A stretch of DNA of 35,267 nt from Octopus bimaculoides (Eukaryota). Made by a program: the position numbers and the translations under genes. The first letter of the stretch is position 1, and each line of letters starts with the position of its first letter. The DNA lies in assembly GCF_001194135.2 (NCBI RefSeq), contig NC_068982.1:179557875-179593141 (forward strand). Direction: 5' to 3'. Shown piece after piece: positions 1 through 11,212 of this stretch. The notes beneath the pieces are model-generated. The model saw only the letters and a list, made by a program, of their open reading frames with translations, was not told where the DNA came from and made no database searches.

Positions 1-39
<39 letters not shown>

Positions 40-169
40 CACGAGGCTGTTACTAAGTGTATTCATATGTTGATAATTTATTTTTATATGCGTTGTCCCT
101 TACTAAATTAAGATAAAACAGAAACCTAACGTTGCCATGCAGAAAAAAATCATCTTTTATCGTTTCCTT

Positions 170-430
170 GTTTCAGACATTGAACAGCGGTCATGCTGGG
201 GTATCACTTTGAAGAGAATTTTAGTTGAATAGATCGACCTCAGTATTTATCTTTTAAATTCTGATACTTATCCATCGCTTACTTTTGCCAAGCCGCTAAG
301 TTACAGAGATGTAAACGGTTGCCAAACGGTGGGGAAAGAAACACACACACACACACATACACACCTACACACACACAAATACACACCCACACACATACAC
401 ACCTACACACACAGACACATATATATACGC
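170..430 (+). mobile_element. SINE body/3' part followed by a (CA)n-type tail
   Basis: Sequence gcggtcatgctggggtatcac...tagatcgacctcagt...ccgctaagttacagagatgtaaac...ggtggggaaag runs into CA repeats. It resembles a cephalopod SINE family (recalled, not searched). Confidence 0.6.
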
Positions 431-538
431 GCACAGACATGTATACGACGTATTTATCTATCTATCTATCTATCTATATGTGCTAGCTTCCTGGTAATTA
501 ATCGATATTAATTAATATATGATTTTTTTACCCTATAT

Positions 539-708
539 ATATATAAAGAATAAAAAGTTTTGAATGGTACAACAATGCACTATAATACGAAAAATGGACT
601 ACATACCTGTTGTAATTTAGTTATAACTAAATTACAACAGGTATATAGTCCATTTTTCGTATTATAGTGCATTGTTGTATCATTCAAAACTTTTTATTCT
701 TTATATAT
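539..708. repeat. 170-bp spacer-less palindrome (85-bp arms), MITE/foldback-like
   Basis: Centre agtta|taact lies between 623 and 624. The arms are reverse complements with 2 mismatches, and the palindrome is embedded in (TA)n. Confidence 0.95.
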
Positions 709-988
709 GTATATATNNNNNNNNNNNNNNNNNNNNNNNNNNNNNNNNNNNNNNNNNNNNNNNNNNNNNNNNNNNNNNNNNNNNNNNNNNNNNNNNNNNN
801 NNNNNNNNNNNNNNNNNNNNNNNNNNNNNNNNNNNNNNNNNNNNNNNNNNNNNNNNNNNNNNNNNNNNNNNNNNNNNNNNNNNNNNNNNNNNNNNNNNNN
901 NNNNNNNNNNNNNNNNNNNNNNNNNNNNNNNNNNNNNNNNNNNNNNNNNNNNNNNNNNNNNNNNNNNNNNNNNNNNNNNNNNNNNNNN

Positions 989-1790
989 GGTTATACTCGA
1001 GATCGCTCCAATCTGGCCAGCCCCAAGGAAAAACTAAGCTAAGAACATTAGATTCTTTGGAAGAAAGCAGTGAATGTATACGAAAACAAGGACGGAAAAA
1101 AACGGAGAATGTTACACAAATACAAATAACAGGACTTAACAACAGGTGTCTTTCGACTAAGGACGAATTATATTAAGCTGGCGTGTGTGGAAATAAAGCT
1201 TACGGCAGGGATACAAGATTTTACAGGCACAGGGAGGAATATAGATGTTGCACGGACGGCGGCCGAACCAAGAAAGAAAGGTCAGGTTTGGCCGAACACC
1301 GGTTACGTGGGGAGAGAAGGGAGATAAGGCAGAGGGACAGAAGAATTAAGGAGGGGCGAAAAAATATGACAGGGACACAGTGAAGTGAAAAGAGGAGAGA
1401 AAGTGAGCATGAAGAGAAGGCAAGGAGATGTGAGAGAGGGGGAACGAAAGAACGAAGAGTGGAATGAACGAAGTAAGCCTGAAAGGGCTGATAGAAAGAA
1501 AGAAAGAATAAAAGAAAGACTAGAGTCGTACAGTCGAAAGGTACCTGTTGTTATGTCCTGTTATTAGTATTTGTGTAACATTCTCCATTTTTTTTCCGTC
1601 CTTGTTTTCGTATACATTCACTGCTTTCTTCCAAGGAATCTAATGCTCTTAGCTTAGTTTTTCCTTGGAGCTGGCCAGATTGGAGCAATCTCGAGTATAA
1701 CCAGGCGAAATTGCAAAGATAATCTGGAACTCGACTGAGGAAAGAAAACTCCAAATGACCCATCCTTGTTTTTCTTTGTATCTGTTGGTG
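989..1790. mobile_element. Foldback element with ~170-bp inverted arms and a purine-rich spacer
   Basis: 989-1158 is the reverse complement of 1532-1702 with about 10 differences. The left arm runs into the N gap, so the true arms may be longer. Confidence 0.8.
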
Positions 1791-1804
1791 CAATATATCA
1801 AGGT

Positions 1805-1995
1805 ATAAAACCGATGTCTAGTATGCCTGAAGGTTTGATGTCACCTTCACAATTTCTTTCTTATAGTCAAAAATTCACTTGCCGCTACTTTTAGCAACGC
1901 CTACTTATATACAAATGACACTACCCTTCATTCACCCGCAAACAACATCTTTCACTCAAGTGTCGCTTACATGCAATCTTCATGTCTCACCACAA
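1805..1995 (+). mobile_element. Degenerate LINE reverse-transcriptase fragment (CR1/L2/Jockey-like)
   Basis: Frameshifted translation MPEGLMSPSQFL / LIVKNSLAATFSNAYLYTNDTTLHS resembles the VPQGSVLSPTLF...YADDTTL motifs, with YADD decayed to YTND. Confidence 0.55.
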
Positions 1996-2083
1996 ACATA
2001 TTGTGGCTTCAAGAACTAAGACCTCAAAAACATCTTCCAAGGATGTCATGGTAATGCTGTTACCTTGATAAGGTAGCAGTACA

Positions 2084-2115
<32 letters not shown>

Positions 2116-2238
2116 CATATNNNNNNNNNNNNNNNNNNNNNNNNNNNNNNNNNNNNNNNNNNNNNNNNNNNNNNNNNNNNNNNNNNNNNNNNNNNNNNNN
2201 NNNNNNNNNNNNNNNNNNNNNNNNNNNNNNNNNNNNNN

Positions 2239-2269
<31 letters not shown>

Positions 2270-2390
2270 CAACAAGTGAACTAAAGAAAGACTCTCTCTA
2301 CTTTCGTTGTAGTTCTGATATAAATCTCAATCAAATAATTCCTGTTGATTTGAAAAAGAAAGGAGTGTATTGGATAATGTAACCTTAAAA

Positions 2391-2513
2391 AATACACTAG
2401 TAATTACTGCTATAATATCTTTGATTGTATGTCTGTGAAATCGAGTTTACCCTGGATTTGAATTAAAAAAAAACGAATGTGAAAAGTTATATCGTGATAA
2501 TTACTAGTGTATT
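2391..2513. mobile_element. Small MITE-like element with 16-bp perfect terminal inverted repeats
   Basis: aatacactagtaatta (2391-2406) and taattactagtgtatt (2498-2513). Confidence 0.5.
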
Positions 2514-2654
2514 CTTCTGATAAGAAGTTCGTTCCTATCATTATTTTCCAATTAATAGTTACATTGAGGATATTGTCATCCCACCAAATCAGTGTTACTT
2601 AGGTTGAAATATTGTCTGAGTATGCGATAAAGCTCAAAAACACCACACAAATAC

Positions 2655-2866
2655 CGAAAACGTCTGCATGGAGTGGTCGGGGTCTTTGATTCTGTCTCTA
2701 GAGATGAACTTTAAATAATTATATCCAACGTCTCTAGAACGAGCATGTAGGGATATGCTCATTGGAGTTAGCCAAGCTGTTTTACAACTGCCTCCTAATT
2801 TTAGATGGGAAACTTCCAATCGAGCCACACCACTGTGATATGTGCCAATGGAGTTCTTTTTCTTCA
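2655..2866 (-). CDS. Putative coding exon of an unidentified host gene (KKKNSIGTYHSGVARLEVSHLKLGGSCKTAWLTPMSISLHARSRDVGYNYLKFISRDRIKDPDHSMQTFS)
   Basis: Complex, non-repetitive open frame. It is preceded by acceptor tttatttag and followed by candidate donor gtattt at 2654; alternatively it is a terminal exon with its stop at 2634-2636. Confidence 0.5.
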
Positions 2867-3005
2867 CTAAATAAATTATCTATTTTCTACCTTCTCTATA
2901 CTGATAATAATATTCTTAACATGTAAGGTGTTTAAGTTGCCTGTGCCATCCACATGCGGCTTAATCACCTTACGTCAGACTTACTCAGTTTTCATTACTA
3001 ATTAC

Positions 3006-3038
3006 TTCGACAGCATTCTTCAATGAATATGTAGTATC
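3006..3038 (-). CDS. Candidate 33-bp micro-exon (YYIFIEECCR), phase-compatible with the 2655-2866 exon
   Basis: Acceptor caatagttag, donor gtaatt. The final A plus the TG of the next exon forms an ATG in frame. Confidence 0.25.
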
Positions 3039-3220
3039 CTAACTATTGACAACAGAATGTCTAAATTACTTCAGATATAGAGAAAATAGATATTGTTATC
3101 AGCTTCTCCAATCAACAAAACGAAAACTAGGAACGTTGTCATAAATGTTACTCCTCAGATTCTTTGATGAGCCTTTATGGTGGTCACCATGAAAGTTCGT
3201 CATTGTAAATTTTAGAAATA

Positions 3221-3414
3221 CGAGGGGTACTGAAAAGTTCCTTGCTTTAAGGGTATCGCAAGGGTATTGGAGGCTCAAGATCCCTAGTTGTTTTACAGGG
3301 CTGAGAAAAACCGGAGGAGCGCTGCAACAAGTGTGTGAATCTGTGAGGGATCATAATTAACTGATCCTCCTATATTTCCTTTTACCCAAAACCAGGAACT
3401 TTTCAGCATCCTCG
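3221..3414 (+). mobile_element. Mariner-derived MITE (194 bp)
   Basis: TA on both sides. TIRs cgaggggtactgaaaagttcc / ggaacttttcagcatcctcg. Same family as 8870-9085. Confidence 0.9.
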
Positions 3415-3639
3415 TATATAACATTGCTAAAACCACATCGCAGACGCGAGAATTCCATTTTAAAACCAAGAAAAACTTCAGTCATGTTTCGTGGCTCAAA
3501 TAAAAGTTACATTATAATATTGCTTTCATTTATGGTATATTAATGCTGCCGCACACACAACCATCAGAAAACCCAACCAAAAGAGAACTATTCCACTGAC
3601 TAGCAACGATAATTTAATCACTAACATGTTGCTGCAAAC

Positions 3640-4150
3640 ATTGCTTGGTAATCATTAGTCAAGTAATGTTTTACAAGAAGCTTCTGCCCAATTCTCATGA
3701 CGCATGCAAACTTGATCCATGGACAAATTTGATGCAGACGCATAGTGATTTGTAGATGTTGCCAAAAGGATTGATGTGAGAGTCAACGGCTCTATGAACC
3801 GATGTTAAACCGCCGCCGCCTTGTTTTCGTTTAAATTAGAGACGGTCTTTATCACATTTGACGTAGATATTTTTGGTGTGAGTTGATAATTTTTAGGGTT
3901 TTGGCATCAGTAGCCGGGATCTCATGCAGGGTCAAATCGAATAATTCAAAAGTTGATCGAGTGATCCAAAAATACTCGAACAGAAAATGGGCTGTGAGTT
4001 ATTAATTTATTGTAAACGAAAAATTCTAAGGATTATTATAATGCGGTTATTTTTTTATATTATCGTCAGTGGTTACAAGATCCTTTTTATAGGTTCTATA
4101 CAAGAATATATTTTCATTCACTCGTAATTACCAGTAACATCCATAGGATA
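3640..4150 (-). mobile_element. Decayed R4/Dong-like LINE, RT thumb region
   Basis: Broken frames give LRVNENIF..KKDLVTT, TFELFDLTLHEIPATDAKTLKII and CDKDRL*FKRKQGGGGLTSV, matching the typical YLGVDEN / WT..EI..ID.KTRK / DRLY..R..GGRGL motifs. Confidence 0.65.
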
Positions 4151-4346
4151 TATCCAGCGACAACGCTTGGAGAGCTGATTCGTGTTTAAATAAGATGATG
4201 ATGATGAAGACAAGGAAGAAGTGAAGGGGGTCAAGGAGGAGGAGGAGAAAGTGAAGGAGACGAGGAGGAGAAAGTGAAGGAGACGAGGAGGAGGAGAAAG
4301 TGAAGGAGACGAGGAGGAGGAGAAGAAGAAGGAGGACGAAGACCTC

Positions 4347-4386
<40 letters not shown>

Positions 4387-4423
4387 GTGATGGTGATGAT
4401 GGTGATGATGATGGTGATGATGG

Positions 4424-4469
<46 letters not shown>

Positions 4470-4496
4470 GATGATGGTGATGATGGTGATGATGAA

Positions 4497-4527
<31 letters not shown>

Positions 4528-4538
4528 GTGATGATGAA

Positions 4539-4623
<85 letters not shown>
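4347..4623 (+). repeat. (GAT)n trinucleotide microsatellite with GGT/GAA interruptions, preceded by a 23-bp GA-rich tandem repeat (~4238-4320)
   Basis: Seen directly in the sequence. Confidence 0.97.
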
Positions 4624-4625
<2 letters not shown>

Positions 4626-5061
4626 ATTATATGCAGAACGATATCGAATTGTTAGAGATCTTGTCAGTGCTTCAAAATGCTATTAGTGTTGCTGTAATAG
4701 AGGGCAATGAGAATCATGCTGAATATCAATAGCCGAGTACATAAACCTCCTGGAAGTACGCTGTTAACTGTTTAGTATTTATAGTTTTCCATAGTAAAAG
4801 GGTTTTGTGTGCACAGTCGGATTGTTAATATGTAACAGCAGCATAAACTGGTGTTTTTGTGATATTTAATATTACTGCCAGTCATCGCTAATGCTGTTAT
4901 TTTCATAGACATTTGATTAAAGTCAGCTTCCTTGCTTTAGTATAAACATATATACCAGACGTACATGAATTGAACATCTGTCATATTAACAGATCTGTTT
5001 AATGGTTTTGTTTGAAATATACAGAAACATTAATTGTCCTGCCACTTTATATGTAAATAGA

Positions 5062-5085
5062 TCTCTCTCTCTCTCTCTCTCACTC

Positions 5086-5160
<75 letters not shown>
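5062..5160 (+). repeat. Compound (CT)n(CA)n microsatellite
   Basis: Seen directly in the sequence. Confidence 0.95.
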
Positions 5161-5161
<1 letters not shown>

Positions 5162-5373
5162 ACGCTCAAACACCAGCATACACATACATACACACGCGAT
5201 ACACGTGCAAGCATACATAAATGTCTGTGTAAAAATTAAAAGGACCACAATTCTTTGAATGTCTAAGCCATACCCATTCCAAAACAACACCGACAATTTA
5301 TGTACTTCGTATTATTTATATTCTGTTTAACATTATTATTATTATTATTATTATTGTTATTATTATTATTATT

Positions 5374-5404
<31 letters not shown>

Positions 5405-5639
5405 GATTTGTTTTTGTTTGATTTTCTTTTTTTGCGTGTGTTGAGTACGCGCTCTTGTGGTTTACTAAGTCTGTACCTGGCAGATATAGCCATATAAGAC
5501 GAAGAAATTTGCTTCCCAATAATGTGTTCGCGAGTTCCCTCTTACCGCATCGGCTACAATAACCTAGCTTCACCATGAACTTGATATTTTGAAACTGTGG
5601 AGGAGCAGTCTAATGAGTATGTATGTATGTATGTATGTA

Positions 5640-6085
5640 TGTATGTATCTCAGTATTCAGTTTTATTTCAAGATTTCTTGCCAATGGAGAAAGGGCCGGT
5701 TTCTAACCTAGGTCCAAGGCTTCTTCGTTGGAATTTCAACATCAACAAGGTATTTTTGTATGTATGTATGTATGTATGTATGTATGTATGTATGTATGTG
5801 TGTATGTGCAGATTTGTACGTTCGGTTTTATGTATGTCTTTTCATTGCATATCTCTTGCATATCTAGACATGCATGATAAACTTCTGGGAAGTTTTACAG
5901 ACTTTTACACTTCTAATGATGGCTTGAATCAGCTTTCTCCTTTCTGATTTTGAGAAGCTTAATTCCTGAAGATTGGTATTTAGGCAGTGTGTTACATATT
6001 CCAGTATTCCAATAATTACAGGTATAAACCTGAAGCTGTAATCTGGATAGAGTAACTATAGATTTCTCAATAGTTCAGTGTATAC
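5640..6085 (-). mobile_element. R4/Dong-like LINE 3' fragment (ORF C-terminus plus 3' UTR with an internal (ATAC)n expansion)
   Basis: Minus frame YTELLRNL*LLYPDYSFRFIPVIIGILEYVTHCLNTNLQELSFSKSE...VKVCKTSQKF is homologous to the ORF end at 7829-8074. The 3' end abuts (TATG)n at ~5606-5645. Confidence 0.85.
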
Positions 6086-6143
<58 letters not shown>

Positions 6144-7068
6144 NNNNNNNNNNNNNNNNNNNNNNNNNNNNNNNNNNNNNNNNNNNNNNNNNNNNNNNNN
6201 NNNNNNNNNNNNNNNNNNNNNNNNNNNNNNNNNNNNNNNNNNNNNNNNNNNNNNNNNNNNNNNNNNNNNNNNNNNNNNNNNNNNNNNNNNNNNNNNNNNN
6301 NNNNNNNNNNNNNNNNNNNNNNNNNNNNNNNNNNNNNNNNNNNNNNNNNNNNNNNNNNNNNNNNNNNNNNNNNNNNNNNNNNNNNNNNNNNNNNNNNNNN
6401 NNNNNNNNNNNNNNNNNNNNNNNNNNNNNNNNNNNNNNNNNNNNNNNNNNNNNNNNNNNNNNNNNNNNNNNNNNNNNNNNNNNNNNNNNNNNNNNNNNNN
6501 NNNNNNNNNNNNNNNNNNNNNNNNNNNNNNNNNNNNNNNNNNNNNNNNNNNNNNNNNNNNNNNNNNNNNNNNNNNNNNNNNNNNNNNNNNNNNNNNNNNN
6601 NNNNNNNNNNNNNNNNNNNNNNNNNNNNNNNNNNNNNNNNNNNNNNNNNNNNNNNNNNNNNNNNNNNNNNNNNNNNNNNNNNNNNNNNNNNNNNNNNNNN
6701 NNNNNNNNNNNNNNNNNNNNNNNNNNNNNNNNNNNNNNNNNNNNNNNNNNNNNNNNNNNNNNNNNNNNNNNNNNNNNNNNNNNNNNNNNNNNNNNNNNNN
6801 NNNNNNNNNNNNNNNNNNNNNNNNNNNNNNNNNNNNNNNNNNNNNNNNNNNNNNNNNNNNNNNNNNNNNNNNNNNNNNNNNNNNNNNNNNNNNNNNNNNN
6901 NNNNNNNNNNNNNNNNNNNNNNNNNNNNNNNNNNNNNNNNNNNNNNNNNNNNNNNNNNNNNNNNNNNNNNNNNNNNNNNNNNNNNNNNNNNNNNNNNNNN
7001 NNNNNNNNNNNNNNNNNNNNNNNNNNNNNNNNNNNNNNNNNNNTTTTTTTTTTTTTTTTTTGTATATA

Positions 7069-7627
7069 TTGGGTTGTCCGGAAAGTTCATGCCGATTTTT
7101 AAGGGAAATTAAAAGACAAAACAAAATGTCATTTAATATTTATTCAACTAAATATGAACCATTTTGTAGCACAGCCTTTCTCCATTTTTCTTTCTACTTA
7201 AAAATTCTTTCTTCCCAGAATTTCGGTGATTTCTTGGCAAAGAACTCATTAAGGTGGTTTCTTATATCCTCCAAAGAATTAAAATTTTTACCGTTCAAGT
7301 TATTTTGCAACGACTTGAATAAATGAGAACCCGAAGGAGCAATGTCTAGTGAATATGGATGGTAGGGATAACAGTAATTTTTGACGGGTCAACAAAGAAG
7401 GCCAGGCATTATCCTGATAGAAAACAACACCTTTCCTGTTCTCAAATTCTGGGCGTTTTTCTTGAATTGCTGCTGTACTTCTCAGAATTAATTGACTGGT
7501 TACTTGGCAAAAGCTCATAGTACAAGATTTCTTTCCAATCCCACCAGATGCTGGGGGGGGGGATCTAAATTTGACGTGTTGGAACATGAAAGACTAAAAA
7601 TCGGCATGAACTGTCTTGACAACCCAA
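7069..7627 (-). mobile_element. Internally deleted mariner element with a transposase C-terminal remnant
   Basis: TIRs ttgggttgtccggaaagttcatgccgatttt / aaaatcggcatgaactgtcttgacaacccaa, with TA on the left. Remnant NRKGVVFYQDNAWP and YSLDIAPSGSHLFKSLQNNL resembles the D,D34D region. Confidence 0.9.
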
Positions 7628-7724
7628 TNNNNNNNNNNTATATATATATATATGTATGTATGTATGTATGTATATATGTATGTATATACATATATATGTG
7701 TGTGTGTGTGTGTGTGTATGTATC

Positions 7725-8810
7725 TCTCTTCTATTTTTTAATTATTATAAACTTTCCACTGAGGAGGGAGCCGGTTTCCAACAAAGATACACGGCTCCAT
7801 CTTTGAGATGTAGTTAACACAGACAAATTCACATTTGGAACTTGAGAAAGGTCTTGCATATTTTTACTGTTCCACTCACAGATTGGACTTGTAATATACG
7901 AATCAGCCGATCAATTTCTCTTTCTGAAAATCTCAATTCATTCAGATTTTCCTGTAAGCATTTACTAACAAAACCTAGTGCTCTAATTATTATTGGTATG
8001 AATATGAATTCATAGTCTGGATATAGAAGCCGGAGGTTTCGAAGCAGTTGTCCATAGATATCCTCTTTTTTCATTTACAAAGAGATATTAATATCTGCAG
8101 GATAGCTAACCTCTATGATGGTACATACCTTTGGCCCTGTGTCCCAAACAACAATATACGGCCCGTTATGCTCACATATTACAGAAATTTTGATGGGAAT
8201 ATTCCACCTGTATTCCTTGAGGTGGTGTTTATGAATGTATTCCATAACAGAAGGATTTTCTAAGTTTATTTCAGGACAGTCTTTTTTGCGGATGGCATTG
8301 TAAATTGTTTTAGCAACAACATCGTGCTGCATAGGGAGGTAGTACCGTGACGACATTTTGGGACAGTTGCTAATGACAGAAATATGACATTGCCTACACA
8401 TGCGATTGCACCTTGGGATTGCAAGTGCGTCACTGTCTCTCTTGTTCACCAAGTACTTTGTGGCAATTTCCTGTTCCTGTGTTGCAAACGCATAGCCTTC
8501 ATAGTGTGATGTGATGTGGTGGCCTTGTGTCCAAGAGAGGCTGCACTCCGTGTCAATTCTAATGTCTTCTTCAAGCTTCAGGGCTTTTTATGTTTTGTAT
8601 GCTGAGTGCTTTTTTTTTTTTTTTGTATGTTGAGTGCTTTCCACCCAGGTCTTCTCTGAAGTAAGAGAGTCCGGCTGTTTTGTGGGTGTACAGGAGATCA
8701 TCAGGAAGAGAGTGTTTCTTGAGGAGTTTACTGCCAACTCGTACGATGTTGCTCACTTCACTTTTCAGGACTGTATTAATATATTTATTTTTGCTGCTGT
8801 TGTTTAGCAG
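7725..8810 (-). mobile_element. 5'-truncated R4/Dong-like LINE (zinc knuckle, RLE endonuclease and 3' UTR), pseudogenised
   Basis: CNRMCRQC..ISNC, QHDVVAK (RHD-like), HNGPYIVVWD (HNRPDIVVWD-like), IIEVSYP and KEDIYGQL, then C-terminal VKICKTFLKFQM*. Simple (TATG)n-rich repeats flank both sides. Confidence 0.92.
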
Positions 8811-8869
8811 GTGTATGTGTGTATGTATGTATGTATGTATGTATGTATGTATGTATGTATGTATGTATA

Positions 8870-9085
8870 CGAAGGGGTGCTGAAAGTTCCTGGTGTTAAG
8901 GGTGTCACGAAAGGTCTGGGTGGAGGCCCGACCTTCAGAGTTCTTTTACAGGGCTTAGAAAAACTGAAGAACCGCTGGAATAAGTGTGTGTATCTGAGAG
9001 GGGAATGTGTTGAATAAAATCATAATTAACTGATCCTCCTGTATTTTCTTTTACTCAAAGCCAGGAACTTTTCAGCATCCCTTCA
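8870..9085 (+). mobile_element. Mariner-derived MITE retaining the last ~25 codons of the transposase
   Basis: TA flanks. TIR cgaaggggtgctgaaagttcc / ggaacttttcagcatcccttca. Encodes GLEKLKNRWNKCVYLRGECVE*. Confidence 0.9.
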
Positions 9086-9249
9086 TATATATGTATACGT
9101 ATGTGTGCAAGTATGTATGTATGTATGCATGTATGTATGTATGTATGTATGTAGGTAGGTAGATAGGTAGGTAGGTAGGTAGGTAGGTAGGTAGGTAGGT
9201 AGCCAGCTAGCTAGGTATGTGCGGCTGATGTATTGTGTAAGTATATTGA

Positions 9250-9368
9250 TTGGCAGATAGCAGAATCGGTAGAGCGTTGCTCACAAAATCTTGAGGTATT
9301 TGGTTAGCTCCGTTTACATTCTGAACTTGTTTCCCCACAGTCTCTGCCCTCCCACTCTGTCTGCCTCT

Positions 9369-9431
<63 letters not shown>

Positions 9432-9640
9432 NNNNNNNNNNNNNNNNNNNNNNNNNNNNNNNNNNNNNNNNNNNNNNNNNNNNNNNNNNNNNNNNNNNNN
9501 NNNNNNNNNNNNNNNNNNNNNNNNNNNNNNNNNNNNNNNNNNNNNNNNNNNNNNNNNNNNNNNNNNGGGGGGGGGGGGCGATGTAATGGACTATCCCCTA
9601 TCCCCAGAATTGTCAGTCTTTATGCCTATAGTAAAAGGGA
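9250..9640 (+). mobile_element. tRNA-derived SINE head and a SINE tail separated by (CT)n and an N gap (one or two copies)
   Basis: Head ggcagatagcagaatcggtagagcg... and tail cgatgtaatggactatcccc... resemble the reverse complements of the copies at 25.9-26.5 kb. Confidence 0.5.
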
Positions 9641-9662
9641 ATATTTTATGTTATTGATATTG

Positions 9663-9706
<44 letters not shown>

Positions 9707-10059
9707 TAAATCAAGTAAGTCTTTCATATTTTGTCGCAATGAAGAGTATTCTATCTACTGAACATGCAATTAATATATGATTATGGAAACTTGTCAGTTC
9801 ATGTTACTTATATATTCAAAGATATTTAGAGCTTCTGACTACTTATTGCCTGATAGGGTTGCTTCATGTTACCTGTGCAACTCAATAAAACGATTTATTA
9901 TTCTCCTGTCCGCTCTGAACATTCGGCGAAAAAATTGTTTCTCCTTTCTATTTAATCTTAAAATAGAAATTGTGGTTAAGAAGAAATTTACAAATAATTT
10001 TTCATTTTGTGATTTATACAATGTCAAGACACTTTAGAAAATACTGGATATTTTGGGAT

Positions 10060-10748
10060 ATTAAAACTGCAAGTGCCGCCAAAGTAATGCACCAACTCCA
10101 GCATTCGAATCTCCAAAGAGAAGAGGTTGGTAGAAAAATGTCAAACTTACTGTTTGAATTCACTTTTCACACCTATCCTCACTTATGGTCATGAATTTGG
10201 GGTAATGAACGAAAGCGAACGATCGCAAATATAAGCGGCCAAAATGAGGTTCCTCTAAAGAATCTCAGAAGCAATGTTACCCGACAAGGTGCATAGCTCG
10301 AAGAGCAAGGTACCTCTCCTGATCGAGCCGCAATTTCTCCGCATTGAGAGGTCACAGCTCCAGTACGACGGACATGTAATTAGAATGTCACAGGAAAGAA
10401 TCGTAAGACGGATTCTTCAAACCAAGCCAACCGGCTGGAGATCTGGGGCTAGATCCAAAATGAGACGGTTGAATGATATCCATAGTCTCAGTTGGTCGCG
10501 CACGCGTGGGAATCCAGCAGGAAAGTCTAATGACGGTTGTTTCTGATAGGATTCTATTGGGAAAGGAACTTTCTGATAGGATTCTATTGGGGAAGGAACT
10601 TTCTGATAGGATCTATCGAGGATTCTAAGCCTACGGCCTACCAGGTAACCGCGGGCGAAGATGGATGGATGGATGGATGGATGGATGGATAGATGAATGG
10701 ATGGATGAATGGATGGATGGATGGATGGATGGATGGATGGATGGATGG
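10060..10748 (+). mobile_element. RTE-clade LINE 3' fragment with a (GGAT)n tail
   Basis: PILTYGHEFGVMNESERSQI*AAKMRFL and [42 protein letters not shown] match the RTE C-terminal motifs (LTYG.E.W, RW.GHV.RM, RP.GRP). (GGAT)n runs from ~10661 to 10748. Confidence 0.88.
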
Positions 10749-10808
10749 TTATACTTGGTGTTTTTGGGTTTTGAAATAGCTTGAAAGTTAATGATTTTTT
10801 AAACTTAC

Positions 10809-10871
10809 TCTTTTTTTCATAAAAAGTTCATATTCCAAAGTTCCACTACTTTCACCAACATTCTGCAGTGC
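10809..10871 (-). CDS. Candidate 63-bp in-frame exon ([21 protein letters not shown])
   Basis: Acceptor caatcctttag and canonical donor gtaagt. Only frame 0 is open, giving exactly 21 codons. Confidence 0.45.
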
Positions 10872-11149
10872 CTAAAGGATTGAACAATTACGACATTTGA
10901 AATCATACATATTTTTTGTGCATATATTCACTCATATATTCCTTATCGAAATATGTATGAAAATATGTCTTCCATCTCATCCTCTTAACTTGAGATCAGG
11001 TTGACTTTACAATAAAATTTTTAATGGCTGCTTGTGCATGCTCAACCTTTATAGCCCTGGCTGTGATTAACGGTCAACAAATTAAGCAGATTTAATCGTT
11101 TCAGTTACAAGCTTCAAACAGGCATATGTGTATGTGTGTACAATTTACA

Positions 11150-11212
11150 CACACACTGTCCGACGAACGGGAACGTGAAACTCTGAGTAACAGTTTTTGT
11201 GATGTCTTTGCA
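11150..11212. repeat. Single-arm copy of the palindromic element at 21324-21483
   Basis: ctgtccgacgaacgggaacgtgaaactctgagtaacagtttttgtgat is nearly identical to 21416-21462. Confidence 0.85.

Noticed and set aside
1183-1567. Two R/K/E-rich ORFs
   Set aside because: They result from the purine-rich spacer of the foldback element.
4300-4686. 128-aa poly-Met ORF
   Set aside because: It is a translation of the (GAT)n microsatellite, with no splice or compositional support.
9873-9956. Minus-strand exon candidate LNRKEKQFFRRMFRADRRIINRFIELH
   Set aside because: Its phase is incompatible with the 10809-10871 candidate, and there is no homology support.
10030-10790. Possible long target-site duplication around the RTE fragment (atactgg..ttttggg vs atacttgg..ttttggg)
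   Set aside because: The similarity is too weak in AT-rich sequence to call.
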